From: Bacteroidota bacterium
GTDB lineage: Bacteria > Bacteroidota > Bacteroidia > Bacteroidales > ML635J-15
Assembly (NCBI GenBank): GCA_034721855.1
Contig: JAYENB010000007.1
Location: 38,688 to 90,671 of the forward strand
Length of the DNA: 51,984 nt
Reading direction: 5' to 3'
This document shows, piece after piece, positions 27,101 through 36,132 of the stretch (its first letter is position 1; each line of letters begins with the position of its first letter). The notes beneath the pieces are model-generated. The model worked only from the letters and a program-made list of their open reading frames with translations, ran no database searches and had not been told where the DNA came from. Both the position numbers and the translations under genes were made by a program.

Positions 27101-29200
27101 ACCCTTACCAACCGATGCTATAAAACCAATGGCTCCCTTTTCATTTATAAGCACCCAGTGTTCACTTACACTCAAGTTATCGGTTACATGTATGTCCCCC
27201 GACCAACAGGAATTGGCCAGGATAAAAGGGTAACGGTTTGTGTTGTTGTAATTTTCCGGATCATCAATACTCTGATCCCAACCGGAGGCAGTTCCATGAC
27301 CAAAAAATGTCATCATGGTAACACCATTATTGATAAGGTCACGCACAGAATCAGAGGTAGTTATTTGAATGGGTTCTGAAGAGTTTTTCAAAAACGTATG
27401 CACAAATCCGCCAAACAAGGTATCTTCAATGATTTCTTCGTATCCTTCCAAGTAATTGGCAAAATTTTCCTGTTCTGATGCATTGGCACCACCGCCAAAA
27501 TGCAGTACATTTTTCATCCACAACGCCGGTGCATTGGATTCATATTCCATGATCTTATTCAGGTAATCATTGACATGATCTTCATTTCGTGCTGCCAACC
27601 GGCCTGTAGGCACAAACGGTTCAAATTGCGAATCGCCCAGACCTGCTGTGATAAGTATATCAGAACCTGGATAGCCGTATGTTGGAACAAAACAGGCATT
27701 ATAATTGTAGCTGTTGTTGCGGATCTTATTTGTCCTGATACTTTTTCCCAATAAAAATAAATGTTTTGCTCGTGTACCGTTGATGTCTGCATAATGGGCA
27801 ACCAGATTACGGATTGCATAAGGGTGTTTTCTGACTCCGTAAACGTATTGATCATATAATTCGTTGATGTTAAATACCTCGGCATTGTATCCTGAACTTA
27901 TGCGGTATGATTTGTAGGCTCCGGCTGCATTCATCAAATCCGGATGGGTAATGATAAGATAATCTGCATCCTTGTTTATGGAGGTATAATCCGTAAATTT
28001 TGCGTTATCTGTTACAGGTGCAATTTTATGTATCTCTTTGTAACCATTGTCATTGCAAAGGATCATGTGACGTGTGTTGCCATTGTTGGGAACCAGGGCT
28101 TTGAGTGTACCTTCGTCATAGGTGACTTCAATTCTGTTGCCCTGATCAATATCATAAAGCCTGATGTCGCCTGTTGTTCCAAAACCTGTGATTTCCAAAA
28201 GGTCTTTGTCTCCGCTGCCGGGTTTAAGATAAAATTCGTAGGTATTGCTTGTGGGAAAATTATACGTGTGGGGATAGGTAATGTCTATGTATGATACTTT
28301 GTTATTGTCATTATACTGAGGGGCTTGAGTATCATGGGAGGAAAAAGTAAATGTGATATTTTCAGTGACATCTCCGGGAGGGAAAGAAAAAGTTTTGCGA
28401 ATAAAATCATAGCCGGTATAAAGTTCATCAATGCGGGTTTCACCAAGAAAATTAACTTTCAAATGATGCGGGACATAAGATACTATTTCAATGTTGGGGG
28501 TGCCTGCAACGGCCAATTCAATTTCAACGTTAGCGCCACTGCTAGCAAGGCCTGATAAATTTAAGGTTTTACTGCGACTGGTTTCCAGGGTAATGGTGGC
28601 GTTATCAAGCCACCCTTCCGACCGGCTGTAAAGGCTTTTGCTTGATGCAGGGTAATAACGGCTTGTGTAGTTTTCCCGCAGGTGTTTGATGCACCATGGG
28701 GATAAATAACTGCTGTAGGCTACGAAATCATCATCTGTTTCATAGCTCATGCGGCGGTTGTTGAAAGAATTATTGTAGGTCAGGTAGTAAGCTGCTGTAT
28801 CAGCAAACAATGAATGATCCGGATTGATGCAGTTTCCAGGTTCATCAAACATAATGGTGTCTTTATATCCCCGGTTACGTTTGCCGTAAAATTCGATGTA
28901 CCCATTGGGATCAAAAATCCCGTTTGTGCCTTCCCCTTGGATGTAAATGGCTTGTTCTTCACCCTGGTAAAACAATTGTATCCAGCGAGGGTCTATGGAT
29001 CCAGCCGGAAAACCACTGTTCACCAGCTCCTGATAAGGGAGGCGGTATATCCCATCTTCGGTAACGGAAATCCGGTAGTATTCCTGATCGTAATTGATCC
29101 ATTCATTGCCATATTCCTGTGCCAACAAGCTGGAATTGCCTGCAATTGTAAAACATACAAAGCATAGTAAAAAATAACAATATGTTAGTCTTTTACCCAT
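24194..29200 (-). CDS. C25 (gingipain-type) cysteine peptidase, PorU-like T9SS sortase candidate with a T9SS C-terminal sorting domain
   Basis: 1668 aa with a signal peptide. The catalytic dyad context FFGHGTASGW...YPFILANSCWSGD parallels gingipain GHGS...FDVACVNGDF. The C-terminal NYPNPFSTSTRFVFEL...GVYFYRIK is CTD-like. The gene is adjacent to and overlapping a PorV-like gene. Confidence 0.8.
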   Translation of the reverse strand: MGKRLTYCYFLLCFVCFTIAGNSSLLAQEYGNEWINYDQEYYRISVTEDGIYRLPYQELVNSGFPAGSIDPRWIQLFYQGEEQAIYIQGEGTNGIFDPNGYIEFYGKRNRGYKDTIMFDEPGNCINPDHSLFADTAAYYLTYNNSFNNRRMSYETDDDFVAYSSYLSPWCIKHLRENYTSRYYPASSKSLYSRSEGWLDNATITLETSRSKTLNLSGLASSGANVEIELAVAGTPNIEIVSYVPHHLKVNFLGETRIDELYTGYDFIRKTFSFPPGDVTENITFTFSSHDTQAPQYNDNNKVSYIDITYPHTYNFPTSNTYEFYLKPGSGDKDLLEITGFGTTGDIRLYDIDQGNRIEVTYDEGTLKALVPNNGNTRHMILCNDNGYKEIHKIAPVTDNAKFTDYTSINKDADYLIITHPDLMNAAGAYKSYRISSGYNAEVFNINELYDQYVYGVRKHPYAIRNLVAHYADINGTRAKHLFLLGKSIRTNKIRNNSYNYNACFVPTYGYPGSDILITAGLGDSQFEPFVPTGRLAARNEDHVNDYLNKIMEYESNAPALWMKNVLHFGGGANASEQENFANYLEGYEEIIEDTLFGGFVHTFLKNSSEPIQITTSDSVRDLINNGVTMMTFFGHGTASGWDQSIDDPENYNNTNRYPFILANSCWSGDIHVTDNLSVSEHWVLINEKGAIGFIASVGKGNPPYLNQYSDKLYKNIAYLNYGEPLGLQQQEAIRLAQQGNLSNVYLETTCHDMSFHGDPALRLNYTELPDLVMESSGITLTPPEITTVQDSFNVNIYMTNQGQAFADTFLVRITREYPDYSVDEYEKAVAGCFYDQNLQIKIPVDHSKGPGLNKITVYLDSYDQIEELSETNNDASLQFLIKTGKVYPVYPYEYAIYPDNTVTLKASTGDPFIGETEFLFEMDTTDLFNSNMGTAMYSGQVTGSGGVITWDTPAILNDTTVYFWRVAANHPVPDSISWKESSFIYIPGKTGWSQAHPFQFKKDNYVFMNLNREVRRFDFIETAKELKCYNIGSPWSELYEHIRYTIDGAISNIGGVSGSCTPTSAMIIAVIDPVTLKAWSSDIADYDHYNYPQCHLLSHPTCGFVFPTGSDGYRQNMIDMINEVPEEYYILAYSFRNGNFENWAESEYECFENLGAANIRNLDNWIPYIFFCEKGKPGSAEERIGETVHAEIEFEIDLYTDFKYGTITSPPAGPAQQWQSLHWYQEADEVNNDSSLVEILFYDPVTNTTEPFDTLYPPTYDMYNLNSYIDYEEHPLLKLNFWTRDDSTLTPGQLKKWQLMFEGVPETAINPSDGFYISGDSITQGETLEFALATRNISPYDMDSLLVKYWLQTNSNQITQIKEHRLAPHPSGHVAIDTVSFDTHALTGLNSVWIEYNPAVEGGNYDQAEQYHFNNIAQYYFYAESDKANPVLDVTFDGIHILDGDIVSAKPEILISLKDENPFLPLTDTSLFRVYLTDMQTGTEQCIYFRDSMDNEVLQFIPAELPDNKAKILYEPTFTKDGIYQLRVQATDASGNESGDYDYVISFEVITESSITHVLNYPNPFSTSTRFVFELTGSVVPDVFRIEIYTVTGRLVKVINKSELGHIHIGRNITEYAWNGRDMYGDQLANGVYFYRIKTEISGESIEHRSNEADKFFKKNIGKMYLMR

Positions 29201-30296
29201 CGAAACTGGATTTTGAGGCTTTTAATTTATTTGTATCAAAACGGAAATTCAAAGATATGACATGGGAATAAAAATTATTACTGTTTCCCAGGTTGCTTAA
29301 AGCGTAGTCTATGCTAACGCCCCTGAATTTAAAGCCTGCTCCCACTGAAAGTTGCATGCTGTATGATGTTTTATCATTCTCCAGTGGTATTTCCTGGAAC
29401 CCACCTGTACCAACCCTTAAAAACGCCAGGTTATCGTAAGTGAATTCTATGCCGGCCCTTGGATCAACGCTAATTAAATCAGTTTTTAACAGGGTGTTTC
29501 TTTTCCCGTCGAATGTTGTAAACAGATCAATTTCAGCCAGGGCAGAAAACTTATTCACCACCGGGATTTCTCTGGCAAAAGCCATTGTCAGCGAAGGCAA
29601 AGTAATTTCCAGGCTGCTTTCAGGCAAATAATTACCGGTTTGATACCATGTGTCCTCCAGCAGTTCATGGTTGAATGTCCAGGCGTTGAATGTAGAAGTG
29701 ACATCTTTTGCCATGGCTGCGATATGCCAGTTCTCAAGATGATAAGTAGCAGAAAAATCCACACCAAATCCCCATGCACCGCCAAAATCACCGGCTTTGC
29801 GCCGGATAATCTTTATGTTCCCTCCCACGTCAAGATTGTCAATGTTTGTGTGCCGTGCATACGTTAACAACACAGCCACATCGGATGCTGAGAATGACGA
29901 CAACCTGTCCCAGCGGATATTGCCATCACTGTCTATCAGGTCAAGGGTGTTGGGAATGTCATCAACAGCAAAGCGTATCAGGTTGGCACCAATCACAGAG
30001 GTGCTGTCAGGTCTGTATATTACTGATCCGAAATCATAACCTGCAACCCCGGCAAAATATTCTGCGTGCATAAGCCCGATTTCCATGTCTTTGTCCAGGG
30101 TATTTATACAGGAAGGATTCCAATACGTGGCAGTAACATCATTGGTTGAGGCTACTACAGCTCCGGACATACCAAGGGCACGCGCTCCTACGCCAATGTT
30201 TAGAAACTCATTGCTGTATTTAGGTGCTGTCTGAGCCATAATGACATTGGTTGAACAGATGATTATTATGTAAATTATGTACCATTTGATTTTCAT
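29193..30296 (-). CDS. PorV/PorQ-family outer-membrane beta-barrel protein
   Basis: 367 aa with a signal peptide. N-terminal EFLNIGVGARALGMSGAVVAS..D...YWNPS fits the PorV-family motif. The gene has an 8-nt overlap with the PorU-like gene. Confidence 0.75.
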   Translation of the reverse strand: MKIKWYIIYIIIICSTNVIMAQTAPKYSNEFLNIGVGARALGMSGAVVASTNDVTATYWNPSCINTLDKDMEIGLMHAEYFAGVAGYDFGSVIYRPDSTSVIGANLIRFAVDDIPNTLDLIDSDGNIRWDRLSSFSASDVAVLLTYARHTNIDNLDVGGNIKIIRRKAGDFGGAWGFGVDFSATYHLENWHIAAMAKDVTSTFNAWTFNHELLEDTWYQTGNYLPESSLEITLPSLTMAFAREIPVVNKFSALAEIDLFTTFDGKRNTLLKTDLISVDPRAGIEFTYDNLAFLRVGTGGFQEIPLENDKTSYSMQLSVGAGFKFRGVSIDYALSNLGNSNNFYSHVISLNFRFDTNKLKASKSSFDG

Positions 30297-30340
30297 TCAC
30301 ACTAACTTATGTCAACGCCTGTATTTTATCAAATATCAAA

Positions 30341-30348
30341 CAAATATA
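30341..30348 (-). promoter_or_regulatory. -7 box TATATTTG
   Basis: 44 nt upstream of the ATG at 30296. Confidence 0.4.
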
Positions 30349-30384
30349 CGAATAAAATAATTACAAGGGAATAAAATTTAACGG

Positions 30385-30450
30385 AACTAATTAGTGTCAG
30401 CAAAAGTAGCTCCTCACCGCAAAGACGGTGCCGTCTCAGCGGTGAAAATT
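30385..30450. repeat. compact hairpin element (CACCGC-aa-AGACGG-tg-CCGTCT-ca-GCGGTG at 30415-30444) with conserved flanks
   Basis: Two-tier 6+6-bp stem read directly. The flanks match the arms of 13286-13552. It lies 3' of the FkbM gene, so it may act as a terminator. Confidence 0.7.
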
Positions 30451-30492
30451 GTGTTCGTCTGTTTTTTAATTTTAGCGCTGAGTAGTTACAAT

Positions 30493-31230
30493 TTAACTGT
30501 AATGGGGCAAAAAATAAAAATCCCGTTTATGATGTTGTCTGGCTTCGTTGCCTGCCGGAACCATAATGTTCCTGACCAAAATGTAGGGAAGGTAATTTTC
30601 GTTTTTAAGCAATGTAAATATTTTATCCCTGTCTTTTGACATTTCAATTTGCAGCTTGGGCTGGTGTTTCCTTATGGTTTGTAACATATGTTGCAACACC
30701 GGGTATTCATAGCCTTCAATGTCTATTTTGATGAAATCAATGCGTGTAATGTCTGCAAACAGTTTGTCCGGAACTTTCATCTTCGCTTCAAAATGTTTTT
30801 GAAACGCTTTATTGCCATCCTGTACAATTTTTGTCATGCCATGATGAACGATACCGTCCGGTGCAGGCATTCCCATTTTGACCGTTTTTTCAGTCTCGCC
30901 AAGTGCATAAGGCAGCATTTTAATGTTCCTGAGGTTTTTGCGATTGACATTCTCCTCCCATATCTGACGAAACAATGGGACGGGTTCTACCGCATATACT
31001 TTTCCGCTGTTTCCTGTCATCTTTGACATAAAGACGGTATAATAAGCCAAATTGGCTCCAATGTCAATGCATGTATCTCCCGGGCTTATGATGTTTGGCA
31101 AGTGATGTATTTCGGGATGTTTCTTTTTGAAAAAGCCCATGTCAACTAAACGGATGTACCACTTGCTGATGAAACGCAAATAGCGTTTAAGCCCCATTTT
31201 TTTGTACAGAAAACGTCGTAAAGTTTTCAT
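30493..31230 (-). CDS. FkbM family methyltransferase
   Basis: 245 aa with SAM-binding CIDIGANLAYYT and the KIDIEGYEYPVL motif. Confidence 0.85.
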   Translation of the reverse strand: MKTLRRFLYKKMGLKRYLRFISKWYIRLVDMGFFKKKHPEIHHLPNIISPGDTCIDIGANLAYYTVFMSKMTGNSGKVYAVEPVPLFRQIWEENVNRKNLRNIKMLPYALGETEKTVKMGMPAPDGIVHHGMTKIVQDGNKAFQKHFEAKMKVPDKLFADITRIDFIKIDIEGYEYPVLQHMLQTIRKHQPKLQIEMSKDRDKIFTLLKNENYLPYILVRNIMVPAGNEARQHHKRDFYFLPHYS

Positions 31231-31239
31231 GTATAGATT

Positions 31240-31500
31240 TTAATCAATTTCTTCATAATCTGCGTATTCCTCATCATCATGCTTTGTCCCCTTTTTCTTC
31301 CCTGATTTTCTATCTTCAGGGATGTTCTCTATGGTTACTTCGCCTTCTGATTTATCTTGTTTTTTACGGGGGTCTTGTTCTTGTTTGTATTGATGCTGCA
31401 TTTTATTGATTTTACGCTTAAGCAGCCAAGGTATTACAACCCTGAACAAAAGACGAAAAAACAAAATTACAATAATGACTATGAGTAAAAACCTTCCCAT
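31240..31500 (-). CDS. small membrane protein (DUF4834-like)
   Basis: 86 aa with an N-terminal TM helix, a charged tail and a C-terminal ...EYADYEEID. Confidence 0.6.
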   Translation of the reverse strand: MGRFLLIVIIVILFFRLLFRVVIPWLLKRKINKMQHQYKQEQDPRKKQDKSEGEVTIENIPEDRKSGKKKGTKHDDEEYADYEEID

Positions 31501-31510
31501 AAATAATATC

Positions 31511-31918
31511 CTAACGGGATTTGTGCAAAGTTAGTACAATTTTGCGTGATTTTCGCGGGCCGTCAAATTCACACAAAAAAACATTTTGCCATGTGCTGAG
31601 GCCGGCTTTTCCAACGATAACAGGAATGCATTCTGATGGGCCCACCAGTCCGGATTTTAGATGAGCTGCCCCGTTGTTATCTATCCGGTCGTGTTTCCAC
31701 AAACCCTGGGGAGCTATTTTATTGAGCATGTCAATGACATCGCTCTGAACGGAATCATCCCAGTTTTCCTGTATCATGATACCGGCTGTAGCACCCTGTA
31801 CATACACCATTACGCTGCCTGTCTCCACATCGTTCTCACTGATAAAATCATGTATATATTCTGTGATATCAATCAGTTCATTATGTTTGTGTGTCGAAAC
31901 CTTAATTGTTTTTTGCAT
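31511..31918 (-). CDS. yjbQ: YjbQ/UPF0047 family protein (secondary thiamine-phosphate synthase type)
   Basis: Family-typical sequence starting at MQKTIKVSTHKHNELIDIT. I chose the internal ATG at 31918 because the longer ORF (to 31993) would overlap the divergent GSCFA start. Confidence 0.8.
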   Translation of the reverse strand: MQKTIKVSTHKHNELIDITEYIHDFISENDVETGSVMVYVQGATAGIMIQENWDDSVQSDVIDMLNKIAPQGLWKHDRIDNNGAAHLKSGLVGPSECIPVIVGKAGLSTWQNVFLCEFDGPRKSRKIVLTLHKSR

Positions 31919-31949
31919 TTTATTATCTTTATCACAATTATAATAAATT

Positions 31950-32933
31950 ATGGATTTCAGAACAAAAATACACATTCCGGAGGCAGATTTCAAGATAAAT
32001 CACAAGCACAACATGACGTTTTTAGGCTCATGTTTTTCTGACAACATTGGGAACCAGTGTATGGAACATAAATTCAATGCCTTGTCAAATCCCTTTGGTG
32101 TGTTGTATAATCCGGTGGTCACTGCTGACCATATACGGCGCATGTTACATGATGACAAGGATTTTGTTCCTCAATTGCACAAAAGCAACGAACTGTGGTA
32201 TGATTACCGTTTTCATGGCAGTTTTTCACATCCGGATAAGACGGTTGCCGGCAATAATATGGTAAATGCTTTTGACAAGGCCAAAAACCACCTTAAACAA
32301 ACCGATGTGTTGTTTATTACCTGGGGCACCTCCATAGTGTATAGATTGAAAATCTCCGGAGAAACGGTTGCGAACTGCCATAAACAGCCATCAACGACAT
32401 TCACAAGGGACAAATTGGCAGTAAATTCCATCATCACGGACTATTCCGATTTTTTGAATTCCATCATCAAACACAACCACAACATACGTATTGTGTTTAC
32501 AGTATCACCGGTACGTCATCTAAAAGACGGGTTTATAGAAAATCAGCGTAGCAAAGCGGTGCTTTTGCTGGCTGCTGAAGCATTGGAGAAAAAATTCTCA
32601 CAGGTGAGTTATTTCCCTTCTTATGAAATACTGATGGATGATTTGCGTGATTATCGTTTTTACAATAAAGATTTAACGCATCCTTCTCCTGAAGCGGTCG
32701 ATTATTTGTGGAACAGGTTCGGCGATACGTATTTTAACAGCGAAACCAAATACCTCAATGAGCAAATCAGAAAAATACGGGATGCATATCACCATCGTGT
32801 GTTGTATCCGGAAACTGATGAAGCCACAAAATTTGCGCAACATCAAATGATGCTGATTGAAACATGGCGGGAAAAAGTTCCCCATTTAGATTTCACTGAA
32901 GAATACAATCACTTTAAGGACATGATGCATTGA
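31950..32933 (+). CDS. GSCFA family protein
   Basis: 327 aa with the eponymous LGSCFS motif near the N-terminus. Confidence 0.85.
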   Translation: MDFRTKIHIPEADFKINHKHNMTFLGSCFSDNIGNQCMEHKFNALSNPFGVLYNPVVTADHIRRMLHDDKDFVPQLHKSNELWYDYRFHGSFSHPDKTVAGNNMVNAFDKAKNHLKQTDVLFITWGTSIVYRLKISGETVANCHKQPSTTFTRDKLAVNSIITDYSDFLNSIIKHNHNIRIVFTVSPVRHLKDGFIENQRSKAVLLLAAEALEKKFSQVSYFPSYEILMDDLRDYRFYNKDLTHPSPEAVDYLWNRFGDTYFNSETKYLNEQIRKIRDAYHHRVLYPETDEATKFAQHQMMLIETWREKVPHLDFTEEYNHFKDMMH

Positions 32934-32972
32934 AAAGGGTTTAGGCAAAATCGAAATAATGAATTTGTTTTT

Positions 32973-33296
32973 GTGCTTGGTTGTGAGCAGATATTTGTGA
33001 GCAGGGAAAGTGAAACTGCCAAATCAGTAGCAGTTGATATATCAGCCTTTCCAAATCCGGTGAAAAACACCTGCAATTTTGAGTGTTACCTGCCGGAAAA
33101 GCATGCAGGTTTTAATGCAGTTTTGAAATTGTTTACTGCCGAAGGGAAAATGCTGAAAATAATGCTTTTAAACCTTAGCACCGGAGAAAACAGCTTTCAG
33201 ATGGATATATCTCATTTGCCCCCGGGAAATTATTACTACAAACTGGAATCCGATGGAAAACCATTGGCATCTAAGCAATTGATTGTTCAGAAATGA
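32973..33296 (+). CDS. orphan T9SS C-terminal sorting domain (cargo-less mini-ORF or remnant)
   Basis: The ~85-aa CTD-like sequence reads FPNPVKNTCNFECYLP...PGNYYYKLESDGK...KQLIVQK. The only start is GTG. A signal-peptide-like MNLFLCLVVS lies in a different frame at 32959. Confidence 0.5.
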   Translation: MLGCEQIFVSRESETAKSVAVDISAFPNPVKNTCNFECYLPEKHAGFNAVLKLFTAEGKMLKIMLLNLSTGENSFQMDISHLPPGNYYYKLESDGKPLASKQLIVQK

Positions 33297-33856
33297 AAAG
33301 CCTGATGATTGCTATAATTGTAATTGTCACCTTTGCACCTGCTATATATACGCAGGAAGTAGAGTTTTACGGGGAGGATATACATTTTACTATATCAGAA
33401 TCCCATTTTACTGTCGATGGAAATTACCATTTTTGCAACATCAGTACGGACAGTATCCGGACTCCCATTATGTACCCTTTCCCACTTGATAGTCTGTATG
33501 GTGATGTTGACAACATACGGGTTGTCAATCTCCATAGCGGAGGGGAGGTGAAATTTACAAACAACAGCCCTTTTGGCATCCGGTTTTCACTTGTCCTTGC
33601 ACCTCTAGCAATTGCAGCCTATCGCATTGCATACCGCCAAGAATTGAATGCAGGACGGGCTGAATACATTTTAACTACCACCAGGCATTGGAATAAACCG
33701 TTTGAAATGGTTAATTATAGGCTGACAATTCTGTCAGACATAAAGCTGGATTCCTGTTCATATCAACCTGACAGCACAGCAGGAAAACAGTATTTCTGGA
33801 AAAAGCGAAATTTTATGCCGCAAAAAAACATGCTTTTCTGGTTCAGTTCACGATAA
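33293..33856 (+). CDS. hypothetical secreted protein
   Basis: 187 aa with signal peptide MKSLMIAIIVIVTFAPAIYTQ. Its start overlaps the upstream stop (ATGA). Confidence 0.6.
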   Translation: MKSLMIAIIVIVTFAPAIYTQEVEFYGEDIHFTISESHFTVDGNYHFCNISTDSIRTPIMYPFPLDSLYGDVDNIRVVNLHSGGEVKFTNNSPFGIRFSLVLAPLAIAAYRIAYRQELNAGRAEYILTTTRHWNKPFEMVNYRLTILSDIKLDSCSYQPDSTAGKQYFWKKRNFMPQKNMLFWFSSR

Positions 33857-33900
33857 TCTCTTTTTCTCACTACTGCCAGCAAACAAGATAGTGTTGTATC

Positions 33901-34293
33901 TCACAGCCACATGAAAATCTGTGGGTTACCGGTGTATTTTTTCAAATCACTGACAAAAATGATGGCAAAAAGGTCAATCACGGGCAACACGCCGATACCG
34001 CCGCCAAGGGTAACAGCATAGACAACAGGAATCCATGGTTGTGTGCCGAGATAAATGCGGTGTCCGCCAAGAGGGCCTGTCAGAAGGTCTGCTGCAATGG
34101 CGATTAGCTTGCTGCGTTTTTTTTGTTCTGTTGTGGTGTCATTGTGGTGGATGAGAATGCGATAATGCCCAAAACGTATGGTATCGGTTATTTCAAAGTC
34201 AGGTGTGCCCGAATAGGATGAGATGTTGGTGCCATCTGCGGGTTTTATCATCACAGCCATCATAAGCAATATGAAAAAATAAAGCTGTTTCAT
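33901..34293 (-). CDS. TM2 domain-containing protein
   Basis: 130 aa with the GPLGGHRIYLG motif and two C-terminal TM helices. Confidence 0.75.
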   Translation of the reverse strand: MKQLYFFILLMMAVMIKPADGTNISSYSGTPDFEITDTIRFGHYRILIHHNDTTTEQKKRSKLIAIAADLLTGPLGGHRIYLGTQPWIPVVYAVTLGGGIGVLPVIDLFAIIFVSDLKKYTGNPQIFMWL

Positions 34294-35021
34294 TATAGGT
34301 TGTGGTTACGGATCCCGTGTAAGATAATGTTTTGTACCACCCCGGTTGCTGTTATTTCATTGAGCAAATCAACAGTTGCTGCATCGTGGGCATCAGAGCC
34401 CAGAAAATCCACCCATCCTTTTTTAGCCAGCATCTCAACTGTGATTTTAGGGCCGGGGCCATATAAACCATAGACTGATGGCAAATTGGCCTGGAACAAA
34501 AATTCCTGCTTACGCAACCGCTCATACATACTGAAATTGTCATTCCAGTATTCATAACGTTCAGGATGTGCCAGCACCGGTATGTACCCGGCATTTTTTA
34601 TTTCTTTTACAATAATATCCGTGCCAACGGGTGGCATCAAAAAGCTAAACTCACACAGCAGGTAATTGTCCCCAAAACTGAGAATATCATCGTTTTCGAG
34701 CAGCTTAAGCAGGTGCTCATCGGCATAATACTCTGCAGCTATTTCCACAGGGAAATTGATGTTTTCTTTCTCCATGGCATCAAAGAGGATTTCCCTGGCA
34801 TGCATGATATCATCTGTTGAATTAAGGTAGCGCTGGCTGTGTACGTGTGGTGTTGTGATGATTTTAGTGTATCCCTGTGCCTGGAAAGCACGTACCATAT
34901 CCAGGCTTTCTTCTACTGTTTGTGCACCATCGTCAATCCCCGGCAACAGATGAGAATGCATGTCTGTGCGGATAGGAATGACAGGTTGATGTTGTTTTTT
35001 ATGTAATGAAAATAAGCCCAT
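34293..35021 (-). CDS. PHP-family tyrosine-protein phosphatase (CpsB/CapC type)
   Basis: 242 aa with N-terminal DMHSHLLPGIDDGA and later HP...H motifs. Confidence 0.85.
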   Translation of the reverse strand: MGLFSLHKKQHQPVIPIRTDMHSHLLPGIDDGAQTVEESLDMVRAFQAQGYTKIITTPHVHSQRYLNSTDDIMHAREILFDAMEKENINFPVEIAAEYYADEHLLKLLENDDILSFGDNYLLCEFSFLMPPVGTDIIVKEIKNAGYIPVLAHPERYEYWNDNFSMYERLRKQEFLFQANLPSVYGLYGPGPKITVEMLAKKGWVDFLGSDAHDAATVDLLNEITATGVVQNIILHGIRNHNL

Positions 35022-35024
35022 ACA

Positions 35025-36080
35025 TCAGCGGTTTTCATACATGTTTTTATAATATTTTTGGTAATTTCCGGTAATCACATTGTCCATCCAGCCTTGATTG
35101 TTCAGGTACCAGTCCACCGTTTTTTTTAGGCCTTCTTCAAAATCCAGCGATGGCTCCCAGCTTAGTTCGTTGGCAATTTTTGATGAATCAATGGCATAGC
35201 GTTTATCATGGCCTGCACGGTCTTTCACAAATGTGATGAGTTTTTCCGATGTCCCTGGTTCACGCTTAAGTTTATCATCCATGATCTTGCAAAGCAGTCG
35301 TATCAAATCGATGTTGGCCCATTCATTGTTTCCGCCAATGTTGTAAGTTTCCCCTTTTGTGCCGTTGAAATAAATGGTTTCTATGGCATCGGCATGGTCT
35401 TCAACATACAACCAGTCACGTACGTTTTCTCCTTTCCCGTATATGGGAATGGATTTCATGTTTTTAATGTTGTTGATGGCCAGTGGCAACAGTTTTTCCG
35501 GGAATTGATTGGGTCCGTAATTGTTTGAGCAATTGCTGATTACCACCGGCATGCCATAGGTGTTGTGATAAGCCCTTACCAAATGGTCTGAGCTGGCTTT
35601 AGATGCTGAGTAGGGAGATTTCGGGTCGTAAGGGGTGTCTTCGGTAAACAGCCCTGTGTCACCAAGAGAACCATAGACTTCATCAGTGGAAATATGGTAA
35701 AAACATTTGCCATCAAAATTGTTTTCCCATGCTTGTTTGGCATGATTGAGCAACACCACAGTACCCACAATGTTGGTACGTATAAATTCCATGGGATTGG
35801 AAATGCTTCTGTCAACATGAGATTCGGCAGCAAGATGAATAACCCCTTCGAAATCGTATTTATTAAACAAGGCTGCTACCTGGTTTTCATCAGCGATATC
35901 TCCTTTTTCAAAGCGATAATTCTTTTTATTGGTGATGTCAGTAAGGTTTTCCGGGTTTCCTGCGTAGGTGAGTTTGTCAAAGTTGACAATGAGTTTGTCA
36001 GGATGATTGTTCACCATGCGCCGGACAACGTGTGAGCCAATAAAGCCGGCTCCTCCTGTAATTAGAATCGCATTTGTCAT
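35025..36080 (-). CDS. rfbB: dTDP-glucose 4,6-dehydratase
   Basis: 351 aa with GGAGFIGSH, STDEVYG and YSASKASSDHLVRAY. Confidence 0.93.
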   Translation of the reverse strand: MTNAILITGGAGFIGSHVVRRMVNNHPDKLIVNFDKLTYAGNPENLTDITNKKNYRFEKGDIADENQVAALFNKYDFEGVIHLAAESHVDRSISNPMEFIRTNIVGTVVLLNHAKQAWENNFDGKCFYHISTDEVYGSLGDTGLFTEDTPYDPKSPYSASKASSDHLVRAYHNTYGMPVVISNCSNNYGPNQFPEKLLPLAINNIKNMKSIPIYGKGENVRDWLYVEDHADAIETIYFNGTKGETYNIGGNNEWANIDLIRLLCKIMDDKLKREPGTSEKLITFVKDRAGHDKRYAIDSSKIANELSWEPSLDFEEGLKKTVDWYLNNQGWMDNVITGNYQKYYKNMYENR

Positions 36081-36132
36081 AAATTGTATGTGTTAGTTGA
36101 CATTGTAGATGTACATTTACTCATTAAAAATT

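Noticed and set aside
24257-29167. Numerous plus-strand ORFs inside the PorU-like gene
   Set aside because: They are antisense to a 1668-aa CDS with clear catalytic and sorting motifs, and they have no domains of their own.
31919-31993. 25-codon N-terminal extension of the yjbQ ORF
   Set aside because: The extension is not family-like (MKSASGMCIFVLKSIIYYNCDKDNK) and would overlap the divergent GSCFA start. The internal ATG at 31918 gives a canonical YjbQ N-terminus.
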